NCBI RefSeq assembly: GCF_004010195.1
Contig: NC_057753.1
Coordinates: 8,805,484-8,869,483, forward strand
DNA length: 64,000 nucleotides
Source: Chiloscyllium plagiosum
Lineage: Eukaryota
Direction: 5' to 3'
Below are positions 60,295 to 64,000 of this stretch, piece by piece. The notes under the pieces are model-generated. The model worked only from the letters and a program-made list of their open reading frames with translations, ran no database searches and was not told the origin of the DNA. A program made the position numbers and the translations under genes. Position 1 is the stretch's first letter; every line of letters begins with the position of its first letter.

Positions 60295-61330
60295 ATGGAG
60301 AAACCCAAGGAATCCCGACCCGTGGAGAAACCGTGGAAGTGTGGCGACTGTGGGAAAAGGCTTCCGTTTCCCATCTGACCTGGAGACTCATGGGCGCAGT
60401 CACACTGGGGAGACACTGTTCTCCTGCTCTGAGTGCGGAAAGGGCTTCAGCAATTCCTCCCGCCTGCTGAGCCATCAGGGTCCACATTAGGGAGCGACCC
60501 TTCAGCTGCCCTGAGAGCGGGAAGACCTTCAGCAATTCCTCTGTACTGCAGAGGTACCAGCGGGTCCACACGGGCGATAGGCCTTTCCCCTGCCCCGAGT
60601 GCGGAAAAGGCTTCAGCAATTCCTCCCGCCTGCTGAGGCACCAGGGGGTCTACACGGAGGAGAGCCCTTCAGATGTCTCAAGTGAGGGAAGACCTTCAGC
60701 AGTTCCTACGTTCTGCAGAGGCACCAGCGGGTCCACACAGGTGAGAGGCCATTTGCCTGCCCCGAATTCGGGAAGGCCTTCAGCTATTCCTCCGTCCCGC
60801 TGACCCACCGCCGGGTCCACATATTGGAGAAGCCCTTCAGCTGCTCCAAGTGCGGAAAGCCCTTCAAAAATACCTCTGCCCTGCTGATACACCAGCGGGT
60901 CTACATAGGGTGAGGCCGTTCTCCTGCCCTGAGTGCAGAAAGGGCTTCAGCAATTCCTCCTGCCTGTTAAGGCAACAGTAGGTCCACACCGGGGAGAGGT
61001 CCTTCAGCTGCGCCAAGTGTGGGAAGGCCTTCAATGATTCCTCCAACCTGCCGATGCACCAGCGGGTCTACCGGTGGGAGAGGCCGTTCTCCTGCCCTGA
61101 GTGCGGAAAGGGCTTCAGGAATTCCTCTCACCTGCTGAGGCACCAGCAGGTCCATACCGGGGAGAGGCCGTTCACCTGCCCCGAGTGCAGGCGGAGGTTC
61201 TCATCATTCTGCACCTTGCAGAAGCACCAGCGGGCACACCAGTGCTCCCAACAATCTGATTCTGCTGGTGAAACTGCTGTGGGTCACTGCCAGGACTGTT
61301 CCCCTGCCCATTCTGACAGTGCTTATAGTG
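60295..61330 (+). pseudogene. C2H2 zinc-finger gene, about 11 fingers, pseudogenized
   Basis: ATG at 60295: [21 protein letters not shown]; repeated [22 protein letters not shown]; frameshifts and stops (TAG at 60488, TGA near 60683 and 60911, TAG near 60979). Upstream acceptor tttttacag at 59881-59889. Confidence 0.9.
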
Positions 61331-61679
61331 GGAGGGTCGTTTTTTTTTGTTTTATGCCCTCGTTCCCCCCTGCCCCACCCCCGCAACTTTGCTTCCAGTG
61401 GGCACTGCTGTTCGTTGAGTCCAGGAGCTGTTCTCTCTTTTTCTCTGTCCAGTTAAAGAATTGTTGGCCCTGTCTGGGAAGGAGCCCCAGTCTGTAAGAA
61501 ATAGCTGAATACTTCAGAGTGTCCTTTGGCATTCAGCAGTGACTTTGCAATTAAATTTACGGTTATGTGCCCTCGTAAATTTGCGGCATTCATAATTGTT
61601 TGTTTTTGTTAAAATTATGATTCTCGTGTGCAAGATCTGTTCATCAAGTCTAGTTAGGAACAGTTGAGAAATTTTGAGG

Positions 61680-62700
61680 GATTGTGGTGAGGGGCTGTAC
61701 ACACGTCTATATAAGGCTGAAGCTTCGGTCATGGAGAAACCCAAGGAATGCTGTCCTGTGGAGAAACCGTGGAAGTGTGGTGAGTGCGGGAAAGGCTTCT
61801 GTTTTCCATCTGACCTGGACTCGGTGAAGTCACACTGGGGAGGGGCTGTTCTCTTGTCCAGAATGTGGGAAGGGCTTCAGCAATTTCTCCCACCTGCAGA
61901 AGCACCAGCGGGGAGAGGCTGTTCTCTTGCCCAGAGTGCAGAAAGGGCTTCAGCAATTCCTCCTGGCTGAGGTAGCAGCGGGTCCACCTGACCCGAGTGC
62001 GAGCGGACGTTCTCATCTTTCTGCAACTTGCGGAAGCATCAGCGGGCGTACCAGTGCTCCCAACAATCTGATTCTCTTGGTTAAACTGCTGTGGGTCTTC
62101 CCAGGACTCAGCCCTGTGTATTCTGACAGTATGTGTGTACAGTGGGAGATTCAGTGGACTTTTTTGTTTTATGCCCTTGGCCCGCCCTGCCCCGCCACCA
62201 ACTTTGCTTCCATTGCTGCTTGTTGAGCCCAGGAGCTGTTCTCTCTAGATTCTACTGTCCAGTTAAAGAATTGTTGGCTCTTTCAGGGAATGAGTCCCAG
62301 CCTGTAAGAAATAGCTGAATACTTTGGGGTGTCTATTCACATTCAGCAGTGACTTTTAAATTAGATTTACAGATTCATGTCTGTGAAAAACTCATAGTCC
62401 AAGGATTGCACAAAGGCTTGGCAATACATTGTTGGAAACTGTTTGTTTGAATTGGTAAGTTTAAAAAAAATTCTTTCTTAATTTGCCGCCTAAGTTTCTG
62501 TCTCTGAATGGTGGGGGACTTGATCAAAGGCTTTAAATCATTGCTATTAATTAGATAATCTTCTTTAACTTTGCCCTAGCAAAGTTGCCATATTAATAAT
62601 TGTTGGTTTTTGTTTAAATTATAATGTTGTTGTGCAAGATCTGTTCTTCATCAAGTCTGGTTAGGAACAGTTGAGAAATTGAGGGACAGTGCATGTTTTA
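61680..62700 (+). pseudogene. Tandem duplicate of the zinc-finger gene with most fingers deleted, plus homologous 3' UTR
   Basis: [23 protein letters not shown] at 61731; the 3' region 62050-62680 parallels 61238-61680 (ccagtgctcccaacaatctgattct, gtaagaaatagctgaatactt, ttaggaacagttgagaaatt). Confidence 0.88.
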
Positions 62701-63214
62701 ATTTCACTGTGTTGTGAATCTGGTGACAGTAACACTCATTTGTATTGGGTTGCTTACACTTAGTTGTAATGTCTTTCACCCCAACTATTCAGTATGGTAC
62801 TGAGTTCCACAGTCTCACCACACTCTGAGGTTTTTCATGAAATCCTTAGTACAGAATTGGAAGGGAAAGTGTTGACGAGGGCAGAATATAGGGTGTTAAC
62901 TGCAAAAAGCCAGGAAGACATTCGACAAAGTAAAACCATGACAATGTAGGGGCAAATACGGAATTTTGACAGCAACGAAGAGGCCACACGTCAGTCATAG
63001 TCATAGTCATAGAAATGTACAGCATGGAAACAGACCCTTCGGTCCAAATGGTCGCTATATAAAGAAAAAGTACTCTGCAGATATTGGGTATTGTCATTAG
63101 GCAAGTTTCGAGATGCTGTAGTTGGTTGAATATCATAAGGTAAGATAGATGAAATAACTAAAACCACTAATGTAATTGGATGTCGGTAACCATAAAGCAA
63201 GTGCATACTGCTGA

Positions 63215-63512
63215 TTGATAGAAGTCATTTGCGTGCATGTCGGCCATTCAACCCATCGAGTCAACATTGACTGACTGTCCCACCCAGACCCAGTTCGTTA
63301 CCCTATCCCTGTAACCCTGCAACTCCCATGGTCAGTCTACCCTCACCTGCACATCTTTTAGACAGTGTGAGGAGGCCAGAAAACCAAAGGAAACCCACGC
63401 AGACACAAGGGGAGAATGTGCAAACTCCACACAGACAGTCGGCCCTAGGGTGGGATCAAACCCAGGTCACTGATGCCGTGAGGCAACAGTGCTAACCACC
63501 GTGCCACCACCA
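63215..63512 (-). mobile_element. Near full-length HE1-type SINE
   Basis: Minus strand ggtggcacggtggttagcactgttgcctcac...gggtttgatccc...ctgtctgtgtggagtttgcacattctcccc (tRNA head plus V-domain). Confidence 0.85.
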
Positions 63513-64000
63513 CATGCTGCTCTCTACAGAAGTGAATTTCAAAGACTCGGGAACACTTGAGAGAAAAACAAAACTCTCCTATCTTAAATGAGAGGCCAGT
63601 CTCTGGCTAGAAATGAGTGGACATTACATTTATATTGTTAAGTTTTCTCCAGATGTCATACAGCTCCATCACACCATCTGTTTCTTCTAAACTCAAACTG
63701 ATACAACCCAGCCTGACATCCCCTTGTCCCTGATTATAAGTTGAGTAAATCAGTGACCCTCGACCTCACTGGCATGACACAGGATGCCCTCAATCCAAGT
63801 TGACCTTCACTCTCTAAACTCTTGACCCCACGCCACCATGTGGTCAGCCACAACTCAGCGCTGAACGAGAGCAGAAGAACTGACCAGACAGCAGGATCGT
63901 GGACATAGCATTCCCAGAGAATATTATTCACGTGAGAATGTTGTTCAGCTCACATTCGGATCATTGCAGCGACTATATCTCCGGTCATTTAAATGTGTTT

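Noticed and set aside
60340..61240. Regularly spaced repeats resembling a CRISPR-like array
   Set aside because: 84-bp periodicity of C2H2 finger linkers in a eukaryotic gene.
62990..63050. (gtcata)n short tandem repeat
   Set aside because: Ordinary CR1 3' microsatellite tail on the minus strand.

Overview
Repeat-dense vertebrate genomic DNA. The CR1/HER1-type LINEs, HE1-type SINEs, Penelope families and [18 protein letters not shown] zinc-finger genes point to a cartilaginous fish, probably a shark (inference). No clearly intact host gene is visible. The left half holds three tandem, minus-strand, two-exon GPR139/GPR142-like class A GPCR genes at different stages of decay. The right half holds three decayed C2H2 zinc-finger genes. 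A degenerate tRNA-Pro(TGG) with an 11-nt anticodon-loop insert lies near 30.7 kb. The rest is mostly nested mobile elements: many CR1 LINEs (one young copy with esterase ORF1 and APE-RT ORF2), two Penelope families with minimal hammerhead-ribozyme motifs, at least 7 short Penelope-terminus insertions (several palindromic and/or TSD-flanked), a Gypsy LTR remnant, a hAT (GTF2IRD2/Charlie-like) DNA transposon with an 8-bp TSD, L2/Rex-type fragments and SINEs. Several complex template-switch scars are visible (internal inversion, fold-back duplication, templated insertions, a probable 3' transduction). Family assignments come from motif recognition, not database searches, and element boundaries are approximate unless TSDs are given.
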